Of a stretch of DNA of 64,000 nucleotides, positions 25,119 through 37,411 are shown piece after piece. Source of the stretch: Felis catus (lineage: Eukaryota); the NCBI RefSeq assembly GCF_018350175.1, contig NC_058383.1:8248001-8312000 (forward strand). Direction: 5' to 3'. Both the position numbers and the translations under genes were made by a program. How positions within the stretch are numbered: the first letter of the stretch is position 1; every line of letters begins with the position of its first letter. The notes under the pieces were generated by a model. It had not been told where the DNA came from. It did no database searches and saw nothing but the letters and a program-made list of their open reading frames with translations.

Positions 25119-26391
25119 AGTGAGCCATCAGGATTCCTTAACTCAAAACCCTTGGAAGGACGGCTTTCTTCATGTCAAAATGATAAGTTGAGGCTTTTAT
25201 ACTTTGTAAAATACAATAAGGCATCTTTAAGAAAAGCCACGTAAGCTAACTACTGAATCTCTGACCTCAACCGGACAAATTTCCCAAATGATCACTAATT
25301 TTCACAACTGCCCTTTGCTTTAGGACTTCAGCAATTATCTGGACACTTTTCAGAAGCATCAGGGTCTGGTCCTCAGTGTGGGTGTTTAACAGGCCTTCGG
25401 AGAGTTCTCTCCCTCTCCTTGGCGTTAGGAGCGGAGAACAGAATGTTCGGTCACATCAGACACACATTTGTCCTGCGCCTTCCCTTTGTTGAGTAAGACT
25501 TAATTCTCTTTCTTTAGAGGAATTCCGTATTTCTGCTCTCAATTATCACTGCCACTGAAATTACTATTACTTGCTCAGGAATGAGGTGTTGACGTACGTT
25601 CCTCTCTCTCCAGTAACTCCTATCTGAGTTAGGATTGGGGTGCATCCCCTCAGTCTTTGGCCTCGGGCTGCCGGCTGGGCAGGGAGAGGAAGGACGGCCG
25701 GGTGTGGCGCTGTCACCAGCTCCCTGGCCACCTGGGGCACCGTGTGCGCTCCCATCCCGGTCCCGGGTTTGCTGGCTTCATATATAAGAGGCATTGTATT
25801 TATAGTAGCTGCTCGCTGGTCTCTCCAGTGCCTCTGTCAGATCAAGGTACTGCCCTGCCCCAAACCTTCCAGAAGCTTCCGTCTCTGTTATGGTAAAGTC
25901 TGTACCCCTCTCCACAGCTGATCAGCGTCTCACGTGACATGGACCCTGTTCCCCTCCTGACCCCAGAGCCCTCCATGGGCTGCCCTGTTCCTTGGGCTCT
26001 GTCCACACGGACCACCCCGTCCTTCCTCAGGGCCTTCACATCTGCTCATTTTTCCGCCCAGCCCGGTTTCAGCCCTGGAACAGCTGAATCTCCTGACCTG
26101 ATTCAGTGGCTTTCCTCCTTGGCACCTGTCACTTTCCAGCCCCTTATCCCGCTTTATCTTAGCGCTGGTCACCGTGTGCAACAACACAGCGTCTGTTCTG
26201 TGCTCAAGATCAAAGGCGTCAGAACACTTTGAATTCCTGCGCAGGGTGTGCGTGATGGTGAGAACTGTGAATAAGACAGTTTGTTGCGAAGGCAAGCCCT
26301 TGTCTTATAAACTGATCCACAAACTCGCCACTGGGAGATTGAAGCTCAGAGAGCAGAGTGACTTGCCCAAGGTCCAAAGGATAGTCACAAA

Positions 26392-26611
26392 GGGACACCT
26401 GGGTGGCTCAGTCGGTTAAGCGTCTGACTTGGGCTCGGGTCGTGGTCTCGCAGTTTGTGGGTTCGAGCCCCGTGTTGGGAGCTCGGACGGAGCCTGGAGC
26501 CTGCTTTGGATTCTGTGTCTCCCTCTCTCTCTCTGCTCCTCCCCCACTCATTTGCTCTGTTTCTTTCTCTCCCAAAAATAAATAAACAACAACAAATTAA
26601 AAAAAAAAAAA
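26392..26611 (+). mobile_element. CAN-SINE
   Basis: SINE head. TSD atagtcacaa on both sides. Confidence 0.92.
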
Positions 26612-29600
26612 GAATAGTCACAAGGATCGAATTGGGTTTACAGGCCCCAGAAGGATGCTCCTAAGATTTTATGACCCAGCCCCTTTCCTCCACCAAATAA
26701 GTACTTGTTGACCTCCTCCTGCGTACAGGCCTTGGGGAGGCCTCAGGAGAGCGTGATGTGAGAACCCAGACCAGGCCCTGACTTGGGGAGCCCATGACCA
26801 AGTAGCGGTGGTGGTGGTTGGGGGGGGGCATTCGTCAAACCACAGCAGAAACAGGCACACAGTCGCATCTGTCATCTCTGCTGTGCGGGAGCAAGGTGCC
26901 CTGAGAGTGGAGCCAGAGACGGGGTGGGGACCCCCAACCCTGGGCTTCCCTGAGCTGGGGTTTTCTGTGAGGGGATTTATCCAGGTATGAAACAGCCCAG
27001 GATTGTGTAGCTCTGTCCCAGTGGAGTTATTAAGCCAATAGTATTCTCGAGATCTTGGGCCCTGTGGACTTCACTCTCTGCCAGCTCCTGTGTGTCTGCC
27101 GTGTTGCTCTGCACGGTCACAGAAGGGCGGCCGCAGCTCCGGGCATCAACAACAGTCTCCCAAATAAAGGAGCCCGGGGATGTGGTGTACGGTTGCCTCC
27201 TATCAGAGGGCACTGTCTTTTCCAGGGCCCCCAGGAGGTTCCCCTGAGGTCTCACCGGTCAGGATTTGTCCTCTGAGCCTGGGCGTCCCTGACTCTAAAG
27301 TAGGGGTGGTAGAAGGCTTCCCCAGGGGGCTGTCGGCGGATGATGTGAGGCGGGCTTGTGAGAAGTGCCGTGGGCATGCAAGCCGGGGCTGGGCCATGGC
27401 TGAGCTCTGAAGCAGATCCCAGGCGTATCGCCCTGGGAGCAGCCCTTAGTGGACGGCCAACCTCATCACGCTTTGAAGCTGCGTTTTTCCCCCCTGAGGT
27501 TAGGATGGCCAACCCCGGCCGAGCCCCCCCAGAGCTGCCTTATGTCGTGTCGTGTTGCTTATAGTCCTGGCTGCCCAGTGTGCCTTGACACGTTTCAACC
27601 TCAGTGTTTACGTAGAAGTTTCTAGGTTTCCGTATTTCTTGCCTCTGCCACCTCCGGAGCTGTGGGCGGTGCGGCGGCACCAGGCGTGACCGGGACCCTG
27701 CCTGCCCCCACCCCCTGGGCCACAGAGCAGGGCTCCTGGGGCAAATGGACTTCCCACCCAGGCAAGAAGAACCCGTGTCCTGGCCCCTCCTCCAGCTGTT
27801 CCAGCCATGTTCCTCCTTGCGGGCAAGCAGTCCGTGGGGCCAGGGGGAGCCTAAGCCCCTCTTCTGGACCATTCTCTGGCCACCTGGGTAAATAGGCTTC
27901 CGGCTCGGCTCTGGCCTCTTCCCCGAATCTGGGGGACTGTGCGTGGTGGGCACAGCCCGAAGCCCACGGGGCTGGCGAGGGTGGCTGTTTACAGGAGGGG
28001 CTGGCCTGGCTGGAGCTGGAGGACGTGGGCTGGGTCTGCACACAGAGCGGGCGGTGGAGCCGGGGGTAGGAAGAGAAGGGGTGGGGGCTGGGGTTTCACT
28101 TGGTTCGTTTGTAAAGATGACGATAGGACCTGCCTCGTGGGAGGGCTTTGGGGATTCAGTGCTGAGGCGTGTCTAGGCCAGTGTTGGCCGTGACAAACCC
28201 CAGGACCTTGGTAGGACTCTGAAAGGAGGTACAAATGTCAGGTGAATGACGAGTGGCTGGTAAGAGAGCGCAGGAGCACGTTTCCTGCCCGAGGGCGGGG
28301 GGCACCTGCACTGGCGCCCCCCCTGCTGCCCGCGGCTGCTCCCTGCCGGGTCTGTGCGGGGCCGTGGCGGGGAGAAGGGGTTTCTGCATTTCTGCGTAGT
28401 TGGATTTAGGGATCGGCATGGCTGTAATCCTTGGTGGGGCCTCTCTTGGCAGAAGGCTTGGAAGTCGGCACGTTATGTCATTACATCCTGATGACATTTT
28501 TATGACAAAAGTATGCAGGTGGGGGAAGGGAGGGTGTGGTAGTGTTCAGAATGCACTTGGGGACTGGCATGTGCCCCCAGTGCCTCCCCGGCCCCTACCC
28601 TCTCCCCCAGGAGCCCCACGCAGACCTCTTTGCTTGCATTTTTTTTCCCCCGCTCAGCCCTTCCTGCAAATATTCATGGAGGGCCCTACTGTGTGCCAGA
28701 GGGGAACGTGATGGAGAGTAAGACCAAGTCATTTTCCCCATGGACTTTACGTTCAGCTAAATATGAAAACGAGAGAAAATATTGCCTCGTAATGAGTGCG
28801 TCACCTTCAGATAGGCTGATGTGGCCGGGCACGGACTGGGGCTACTTCAGAGCAGGTAGGGGAGACACCCTGGGGGGATGATGTTGATGCTGAGCAAAGA
28901 GTGAGGAGAAACAGCTTCCATGTGATGATCGGGAAGGGTGGTCGGTGCAAAGGCCCTGAGAAAGGGAGGTCCCAGACGAAGGAACAGAGAGGAGGTCCAT
29001 GTCCAGCAGCAGAGCAACTGAGGAGGAGGGTATAGGCAGAGGCTGATCTCTGTGGCTTAAGTTTGGCTTTGAGTCGGCGTATCGGGAAGCCATGGAGAGT
29101 TTTAAGTAGAGATGAGAAATGATCTGATTGAGGTTTCTTTCTGATCAGCTATTTATTTTGAGAGCGACGTCAATTCACGTGAAGTCGTAAGAAATAATAC
29201 AGAGAGGTTCCGTACGTTTCGTCTCTTGTTTGGATCCCGTGTACCGTTCATTCTGTTCCTCTCAATGATGACATCTTGCAGAATGAGAGAATGTGTCACA
29301 ACCAACGCATTGAGATACTGACATTAATGCAGTCAAGACACAGAATATTCTCTGCACCGCAGGACCCCGCATATTGCCCTTCTGAAGCCACACCCACTCT
29401 CCTCCTGCTCCCCAATGCCTCTCAAATCCCTGGTAACCACCAATCTGTTCTCTACCTTTAAAACTTTGCCATTTCAGGGCACCTGGGTGGCTCAGTCGGC
29501 TAAGCATCTGACTTCGATTCAAGTCATGATCTCACGGTTCGTGGGTTCGAGCCGCGCTTCGGGCTTTGTGCTGACAGCTCAGAGCCCGGAACCTGCTTCC

Positions 29601-31451
29601 GATCCTGTGTCTCCCTCTCTCTCTGCCCCTCCCCCCGCTCATGCTCTGTCTGTCTGTCTCTCTCTCAAAAATAAATAAACATTTAAAAAAATTAAAAAAA
29701 ACCTTTGCCATTTCAAGAACGGAACGAAAAGTAGGTAAACTTTGGGCAGTGGGTTTTTTCTCTCATCGTCATTTTCCGGAGAGTGATCTGGGCTGTTGAG
29801 TGTACGAGCAGTTCGTTCCTTTTTTATTGCCGAATAGTATTCCACGGCGTGCGTGTACCAGGTGGTTTAGCCATTTATCTGTTGAGAGACCTCTGGGTTG
29901 TTTCCAGTTTGGGGCCATTCGGAATAAAACTGCGTAAACATTCCGGTTCCTTCAGATATTTGCGTGAACACAGGTTTTCATTTCTCTGGGCAAGTGCCCA
30001 CGAGTGCAATTGTTGGGTCTTTTGGTGGTTGTGTGTTTAGTTTTTCTAAGAACCTGCCAAACCGGTTTCAGAGTGGCTGTACCATTTTACATTTCCACCA
30101 GCAAGGTCTCACTGACCCAGATTCTCTGTTTCCCTGCCGGCATTTGGTGTTATCACTCTATTCCATTTTAGCCATTCTGTGTAGTCTCTTTTTTTTTTTT
30201 TTTTTCAACGTTTTATTTTTTTTTGGGGACAGAGAGAGACAGAGCATGAACGGGGGAGGGGCAGAGAGAGAGGGAGACACAGAATCGGAAACAGGCTCCA
30301 GGCTCTGAGCCATCAGCCCAGAGCCTGACGCGGGGCTCGAACTCACGGACACGGACCACGAGATCGTGACCTGGCTGAAGTCGGACGCTTAACCGACTGC
30401 GCCACCCAGGCGCCCCTCATTGTGGTTTTCTATGAACTCTTTGCCTTGCCTTCGATCTTGGAGATCTTCTCCTATGTTTTCCTCTAAAAGGTTTTCAGTT
30501 TTGTGTTTGACATTTAAGTCCACGATCCATTTTGAGTTAATTTTTGCACAAGGGGTGATGTTTAGGGCAAGGCTAATTTTTTTTTTGTCTGTGGATATCT
30601 GATCGCTCCAGTACCATTGCTGAGATGGCCGCCTTCCTTTCTTGGACTGCTTTTGCATGTTTGCTAAAAATCATTTCGGGGGCACCTGGGTGGCTCAGCC
30701 GGTTAAGTGTTCGACTCCTGATTTGGGCTCACGTCGTGATCTCACCGTTTATCGAGCTCTGCACTGACAGCACGGAGCCCCCTTGGGACTCTCTGTCTCC
30801 CCCTCTGTCTCTGCCCCTCCCCTGCTGGCACTCTGTCTCTCAAAGTAAATAATAAAGTAAAATGTAAAAGTATCATTTGGGTATATTTGTGTTGGTCTAA
30901 GTTCTCTGTTCTGTTCTGTTGATAATACGCGTCTACGGGTCCGTCTCATTACCTGTTGGTCTTGCTGTTCCTATGTAATGAGTCTTGAAATCGGAGAGGC
31001 TGATTTTGTTCCCACTTCCTTCTTCCTCTTCACAATTGGCTTAGCAACCTTAGTTCCTTTGTCTTTTCATATAAATTTTATGATAATCCGGTCTACAGCT
31101 ACCAAAAATCTTGATGCGATTTTTGCAGGAATTGCATGAAACCTTTACATCCACTTGGAGAGAATTATTACCTTACTATGTTCAGTCTTCCAGTCCAGGA
31201 ATATCGTATGTCTCTCCATTTATTTGGATTTTTTTTTTTTTTTTTTTTTTTTACTTATTTCATCTTTCATTGCTTTCTTACAGTTTTTGGCCTACGTGCT
31301 CTGTTCTTTCTTTTAAAAAAAAAATTTTTTTTTTTGGAGTGATTGTAAGTAGTGCCTTTTGGTAAAACTGGTAAACTTGACTTTTCAGTTTCAATATCCT
31401 TGTGTTCGTTGCCAGTATATATAAATGCAATAGATATTTGTGTGTGTTTAT

Positions 31452-31675
31452 TTATTTAAAAAAAAATTTTTTTAACATTTATTTATTTTTGGGACAGAGA
31501 GAGACAGAGCATGAACGGGGGAGGGGCAGAGAGAGAGGGAGACACAGAATCGGAAACAGCCTCCAGGCTCTGAGCCATCAGCCCAGAGCCCGACGCGGGG
31601 CTCGAACTCACGGACCGCGAGGTCGTGACCTGGCTGATGTCGGACGCTTAACCGACTGCGCCACCCAGGCGCCCC
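31452..31675 (-). mobile_element. Young feline CAN-SINE
   Basis: Perfect TSD tttgtgtgtgtttat at 31437-31451 and 31676-31690. Confidence 0.95.
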
Positions 31676-32119
31676 TTTGTGTGTGTTTATATTATATCCT
31701 CTGACCTTGTTGAGTTTGTATGTTAGTTTTGGGCATTTTTCTGTAGATTCCGTGACACTTTTTTTCTTCAGACGATCATGTCATCTGTAAGTAGCAACTG
31801 CCTTGTTTCCTCATTTCAGATCTGTGTGTCTGTCATTTTCTGTCTTTGCCTTTTCTCTGGCCAGAACTGCCGGCACTCACTGAGTAAGAGTGGAGAGAGC
31901 AGAGAGAATGCTTTGTTCCCAGCCACGGGGGGAAAGCCTTTCACCAGTAAGTATAATGTTAACTGCAAGGATTTCGTGGATGTTCTCTATCAAGCTGAGG
32001 AAATTCCCTGTATTACCATTTTTTTTCTGAGGGTTTTCATCATGGGCACTGATTTTTGCCAATATATTTTTTTGCACTGATTGACATGATTACGTGATTT
32101 TTTTAAAAATTAATTTTTA

Positions 32120-32340
32120 GGGGCGCCTGGGTGGCGTAGTCGGTTAAGCGTCCGACTTCAGCCAGGTCACGATCTCGCGGTCCGTGAGTTCGAGCCCCGC
32201 GTCGGGCTCTGGGCTGATGGCTCAGAGCCTGGAGCCTGTTTCCGATTCTGTGTCTCCCTCTCTCTCTGCCCCTCCCCCGTTCATGCTCTGTCTCTCTCTG
32301 TCCCAAAAATAAATAAACGTTGAAAAAAATAAAATAAAAT
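32120..32340 (+). mobile_element. Young feline CAN-SINE inserted in the T-tail of an older minus-strand SINE
   Basis: Near-consensus body. aaaattaattttta flanks both ends. Confidence 0.93.
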
Positions 32341-33279
32341 AAAATTAATTTTTATTTATTTTTGGCAGAGAGGGAGAGCGTGCATGAGCTGGGAAGGGGC
32401 AGAGAGAGAGGGAGACAGAGGACCTGAAGCAGGCTCTGTACTGAGAGCAGAGAGCCCAACATGGGGCTTGAACTCATGAACTGTGAGATCATGACCTGAG
32501 CCAAAGTTGGATGCTTTAACAGACCAAGCCACCCAGGCGCCCCTATGTGATTTTTAATATGGTGATTACGTTGACTCATTTTGGGATATTAAACCTACAT
32601 GGCATCCTTGGAATAAACCCCACTTGGCCATGGTGTATAATTTTAAAAACTATATAGCTGAATTCTACTTGCTAATATTTTGTTTGAGGGTGTTTATGTC
32701 TGTATCCATGATGGATATTGGTCTGTGGTTTTCTTGTTTTCTACCGTCTTTGTCTGACTTCGGTATCAACGTCTCATAAAATGAGTTAGGATGTGCTCCT
32801 TCCTCTTGCATTTTCTGGAAGAGGATGTGTAGAATTGGTATTAGTTCTTAAACGTTTGGTAAAATTCTCTGATGAAAACATCTGGGTCTGGTGATTTCTT
32901 TTGAAGGAGTTTTTAAGCTACAAATGCAATTTCCTTAATAGTTATGGCGCTATTTAAATGACCTATTTCATCTTGAATCGGGGTAATTTGCGTTTTTCAA
33001 TGGCTTGGTCCGTTTCCTCTAAACCGTTAACATTTACATGTGTAGTGATATTACCTGTTTCATTCGTGAGATTGATAATTTGTGTTTTCTCTTGTTTTTC
33101 CTTTGTCAGTCTTGCTAGAGTTTGGCCATCTCATCGGTCTTTCCGGAGAACCAGCTTTGGGTCTCACTGATTTTTCTCTGTTGTTTTTCTGTTTTCAATT
33201 CCATTGCTTTCTTCTCTTATCTCTACGACGTCCTTTTTTCTGCTTGCTTTGAATGATTTTTCTCAACTTTCTGGAGGTT

Positions 33280-34300
33280 CCTGAGATGGATTGGTTTAGG
33301 TTTGGAGAAGATCGCTGGCTGTCGTGGGGAGAATGGGCACAGGCAACTCCGAGGTGATGGGGGCTCACGCTAGGACAATAGCTGGGGAAGTGGAGAGAAG
33401 TGGCTGGATTCAGGAGGTGTCTTGAAGCAGAGATAACAAGAATCTGATCACGGAAGGGCAGGGAGCAATCGGGAACAACCCTAAATGTTTGGTGTGAGCG
33501 GCTGGTTGGCTGTGCATGCCATTCATTAAGCTGAGGACACTCAGGGGCGTCAGCCCTAAGAGGTGGAAGCCGGCAGCTCTGTTTTGGCCAACCGAAGCTT
33601 GAGATGCCCATGGGGCATCCATGGAGGGCGGGGGGCAAGTAAGAAGTTGAGTGAAAAGCCCAGGGCACCAGGAAGATTTCGGGACTCGGGCCATAGTGCA
33701 TTTCATGGATTCTAAGACGCCATTGGTAGGAAGAACTGTGTTATCTTACCATCCCTGAGACTTAAACCCATTAAATGATAGCACACCGTCAACTGTATCC
33801 GCCATGTTGAACCGTAACAGTGCGTGCATGTTGGAACCTAGGAGATGTGGCGTGATTGAGGATCGAGAGCATGTAGACCGTGTTTGAAGCTGCAGGATTG
33901 GAGGTGGACTTGGGGATGACCAGATGGAGAAGGGGTGCTGCTTCCCGAACATTCCGGGCACCCCAACCTCAGAGGCAAGGCTAAGGAAGACGGGCTGGCT
34001 AACGAGGTGAGAGGGAGCAGCCAGGGCAGAGGGAGGATCAGAGAAACCAGGTGCCCCAGGAGGTGAGTTTCAGGAGGGAGGAGAAGAGGGAGAGCCCAAG
34101 TCTCCCAAATGCTCTGGGAAACCTGTCAGGATGAGGCCTGAGAACGCATTAGAATTGGCAATGTGGGGTGGCTGGGACCCCGGCAAGTGCAGTTTTGAGG
34201 ACTGGTGGGGGACGGAGGCCATGATGGCTCCGGCCGAGGAGCAAAATGAAAGGCGAGAAGTTTCAAGAAGTTCTTGCCGGGAAGGGAGCATAGATGGGGC
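33280..34300. mobile_element. L2 fragments interrupted by a MER104/Tc2-like MITE (~33695-33850)
   Basis: Purine-rich L2-like sequence. TIR-like catttcatggattctaagacgc with a degenerate partner near 33825-33850. Confidence 0.45.
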
Positions 34301-34364
34301 TGGGAAGCTGGGGCAGCACGGGATCAAGGGAGGGATTTTGCTTGTTTCTTTTGTTTTTCTTTAT

Positions 34365-34561
34365 TTTTTTTTAAAGTTTATTTATTTATTTTGAAAGAGA
34401 GAGCAGGGGAGGGGCAGAGAGAGGGGCATAAGAGAGAATCCCAAGCAGGTTCCATGCTGTCAGCGTGGAGCCCGACGTGGGGCTTGAACTTACGGACTGT
34501 GAGATCATGACCTGAGCCTAAATTGAGTCGGAGGCCTAACCAACTGAGCCACCCAGGCACT
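34365..34561 (-). mobile_element. CAN-SINE
   Basis: SINE motifs. Confidence 0.9.
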
Positions 34562-37184
34562 CTGTTTCTTTCTAAGACGGGAGGTACAGGAGCATAGTTG
34601 TAAACTGTGAGCTGCCAGGAACGGTCCCACAGAGAGGGAAGAGTGGCCGCACAGGAGGGCAGAGGGCCGCCGAGAAGCCCAGAGCCAGCGAACCTGCAGC
34701 AGGAGGGGAAGGGGGGCCTTGTCAGAGCGGCACAGCAGGAGAGGCCGTCACCCCTGTGGGCTCACCCATGGGACGCTGAGATGGTCTGAACTGGGGGCGA
34801 CTCTACCAACTCACGAGGGCCTCGATGGCAGGCCCACCATGTTCCGCCCCGGTATCCCCAGGGCTCACCGCGAGGCCCTGCACACTGAGATGCTCCGCAG
34901 TGTCCATTAAAGGAACGCATCCACCTTCTTGTTGGAGGAAAACAAAATTTAATACGGCTGTGTCCCGTGGGGATTTTCCCATTCTGTGATTTTTCGTACG
35001 TTGGATTTCTGTGGCGTGTGTGTGTGTGTGTGTGTGTGCACGTGCACGTGCGTGATGGAGGTACCTGTCTGTAATGTTCACAGACAAACACGAGGCCCAG
35101 AGGACCATGCCAGGTGCCCAGTGAGTCGGCAGCTGGTGTGCAGAGAGCGCCAGGGGGATTCCTCCGCCAGACCGCCAGGCCTGGTCTTACTTTGAGGAAC
35201 CCCCTGCTTCAGGGTTCTAAGATCTTGTGTTTCATCGTTCAGTTGTTTGTGTGGAACTGATGGAGAACCTGAGAGCAGGCGCTAGGGTGCAAAAAATCAT
35301 GGCCCCTCTCTCACAGAAGTTGCGTGTGTGTATGTCGGGGGGGCACCCCTCGATGAGGGACCATCAAAGACTCATAGCAGTGGTGTCCCTGATATGAGAC
35401 CTGGTCCTGGGGTTTCCCTGGGGGAATGACATCGGAGCAGAGATCTCGGGGATGAGGGCATTTCCTAGGGACTCGTGCGGGGGAGGGGAGGGGGGGAGGA
35501 AATAACCTGGGGGGGGGGGGTGCACCTTCTCTAGCTAGCTCCACAGCGAGGGGTTGAGTGCCGAGACTTCCCTGTGAGAGGAAGGCAGAGGGACAAGCCA
35601 GGCCTCTCCTCTCTGTGCCTCAGCTTCTCTTCCTGGGAAATGAGGATATAACCCCTTTGGGGTGGAAACCAGACCCCTGGCTGTGAGCCCCGGGGTGGGG
35701 GGGGCAGCTGCTGGAGGGGGCGGGCTAGGCCCGGGGCCTGCCGGACAGATTTGGAACACCTAGCCCCAGGGACTCCGGGTAGGGGGCTGGGGGTTCAGTT
35801 TTCCGTGGCCTGGCTTCTCCCTGGCCCCTCGGAGCTCTTTGATGGCCTTAGAGCCAACCTTTTCCAGATGTGCTGAGCGGAGGGGTTTGCCGGAACTCTC
35901 CGGGGCTTCATCGGCCTCCTTCGTTCCCCTCCACCAGACAGACGGCCCCCTGCCAGCCGGCCTCCCCCCTCTGGCTGGGTTGCCTGCTGCCTGCTAGGCC
36001 TTGGGAAGTCCCGGACTTAGTACTCTCTTAAAACACGGCCTTTCTTCCCCGCCTCTCCTCCTCAGCCAGCCTGTGTGGATGGAGAAGCTCGGGGAGGCCG
36101 ACCCCCGCAGCGTGGGGCTCGTCTGGGCTGCGTCCCCCTCCCCCGCCACGACTCCCCAGGGGACCGTGGGCCTGGGCTGTCGTGGGAGGGGAGGCCTGGG
36201 CGGAAGACACTGCCCGCTGGGCCCGCTGTCCCTTGCGTCTGGCACTTAAGAATGACTAGCTTGGATGTGGAGGAGGCCAGAGGCTGGAAACCCCCTCCTC
36301 CCGCCTCGGAACTGCGGTGGGACAGCCCCTTCCCTCCCACCGGCCCCGCTGCTATTAATCAAGAGATTAATAATCTCCTGCCTCCCTTTCTGAAACCCCC
36401 ACTCCCATTTCCTGTTGAGTCTCCAGCCTGTCTCGGTACCTCCCAGTCTGGTCCTCCCCGTGGTGGTCCCTGGTAAGGAAGTGGGGCCAGGAGCCTGCAG
36501 CCGAAGTGCCCAGTTGGGGGGGGGGCAGCGGCGCCCCCACGTGAGGTCTCGGGGCTGGCGATGCCCAGATGATAGCCCTGTGCTGGCACACACTGAGGGA
36601 CCTCCTGATGCTTTGGGGACCCCACCCACCTTTGGAGGCCAAAGAGCCATGGCCTCCACTTACACACCTCCAGTGACGGGCACCTCACCCCTCCTGGGAT
36701 CCTGTTCTTCAAGTGCCCTTTCACATGATCTTGTGCACCCAGGGCCACCTTCGGGAAACACGGGATACATCTGCCCCCTTTGCGGAGGGTAGTCATTGAG
36801 GAGCTCGTGACTTCAGCCCTCTGTACTTGCTGAGAGGCTCTTGGGGGACCCTTCTCCATCTGCTCACAGTGGGGGCAGCTTCCTGCCTGGCTGTCCACAT
36901 AAGAACATGCGGCCACAGGTGGGGTGTCTCTAGGCAGATCTGACCACCACACTCCTCGGTGCCACGGTCCCTGGGTGGCCTCCCCATAGCTGGGAGGGGT
37001 GGTCTCCTAGCCGGTGCACAAGGCTGTCTGTTGAGGGCCAGGAAAACCACATCAAGTCTTCTGATTATTTTTTAATCTATAAAATAAGAGTGAAATTCAG
37101 CTCTACTGATTTTTAATATATGCCAAGACAGCATGTAATACACGTGTATAGACATGTATGAATTAACATGGATAGATATATTAA

Positions 37185-37251
37185 TTTTTTTTTAATGCTT
37201 ATTTTTGAGAGAGGGAGAGAGAGAGAGAGAGAGAGTGAGCAGGGGAGGGAC

Positions 37252-37287
<36 letters not shown>

Positions 37288-37411
37288 TCAAGCAGGCTCC
37301 AGGCTCTGAGCTGTCAGCACAGAGCCCGATGCAGGGCTCGAACCCACAAACTGTGAGATCATGACCTGAGCCGAAGTCGGACACTTAACGGACCGAGTTG
37401 CCTGGGTGCCC
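37185..37411 (-). mobile_element. CAN-SINE
   Basis: SINE motifs with an expanded GA tract. Confidence 0.9.

Larger units (their letters stand above)
29140..33270 (-). mobile_element. Fragmented old L1 (L1MB/L1MC-like) with six CAN-SINE insertions (+29477, -30190, +30679, -31452, +32120, -32350)
   Basis: Minus-strand translations such as TPCAKINSKWIVDLNVK…LLEENIGEDLQD resemble L1 ORF2. T-rich strand throughout. Confidence 0.85.
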
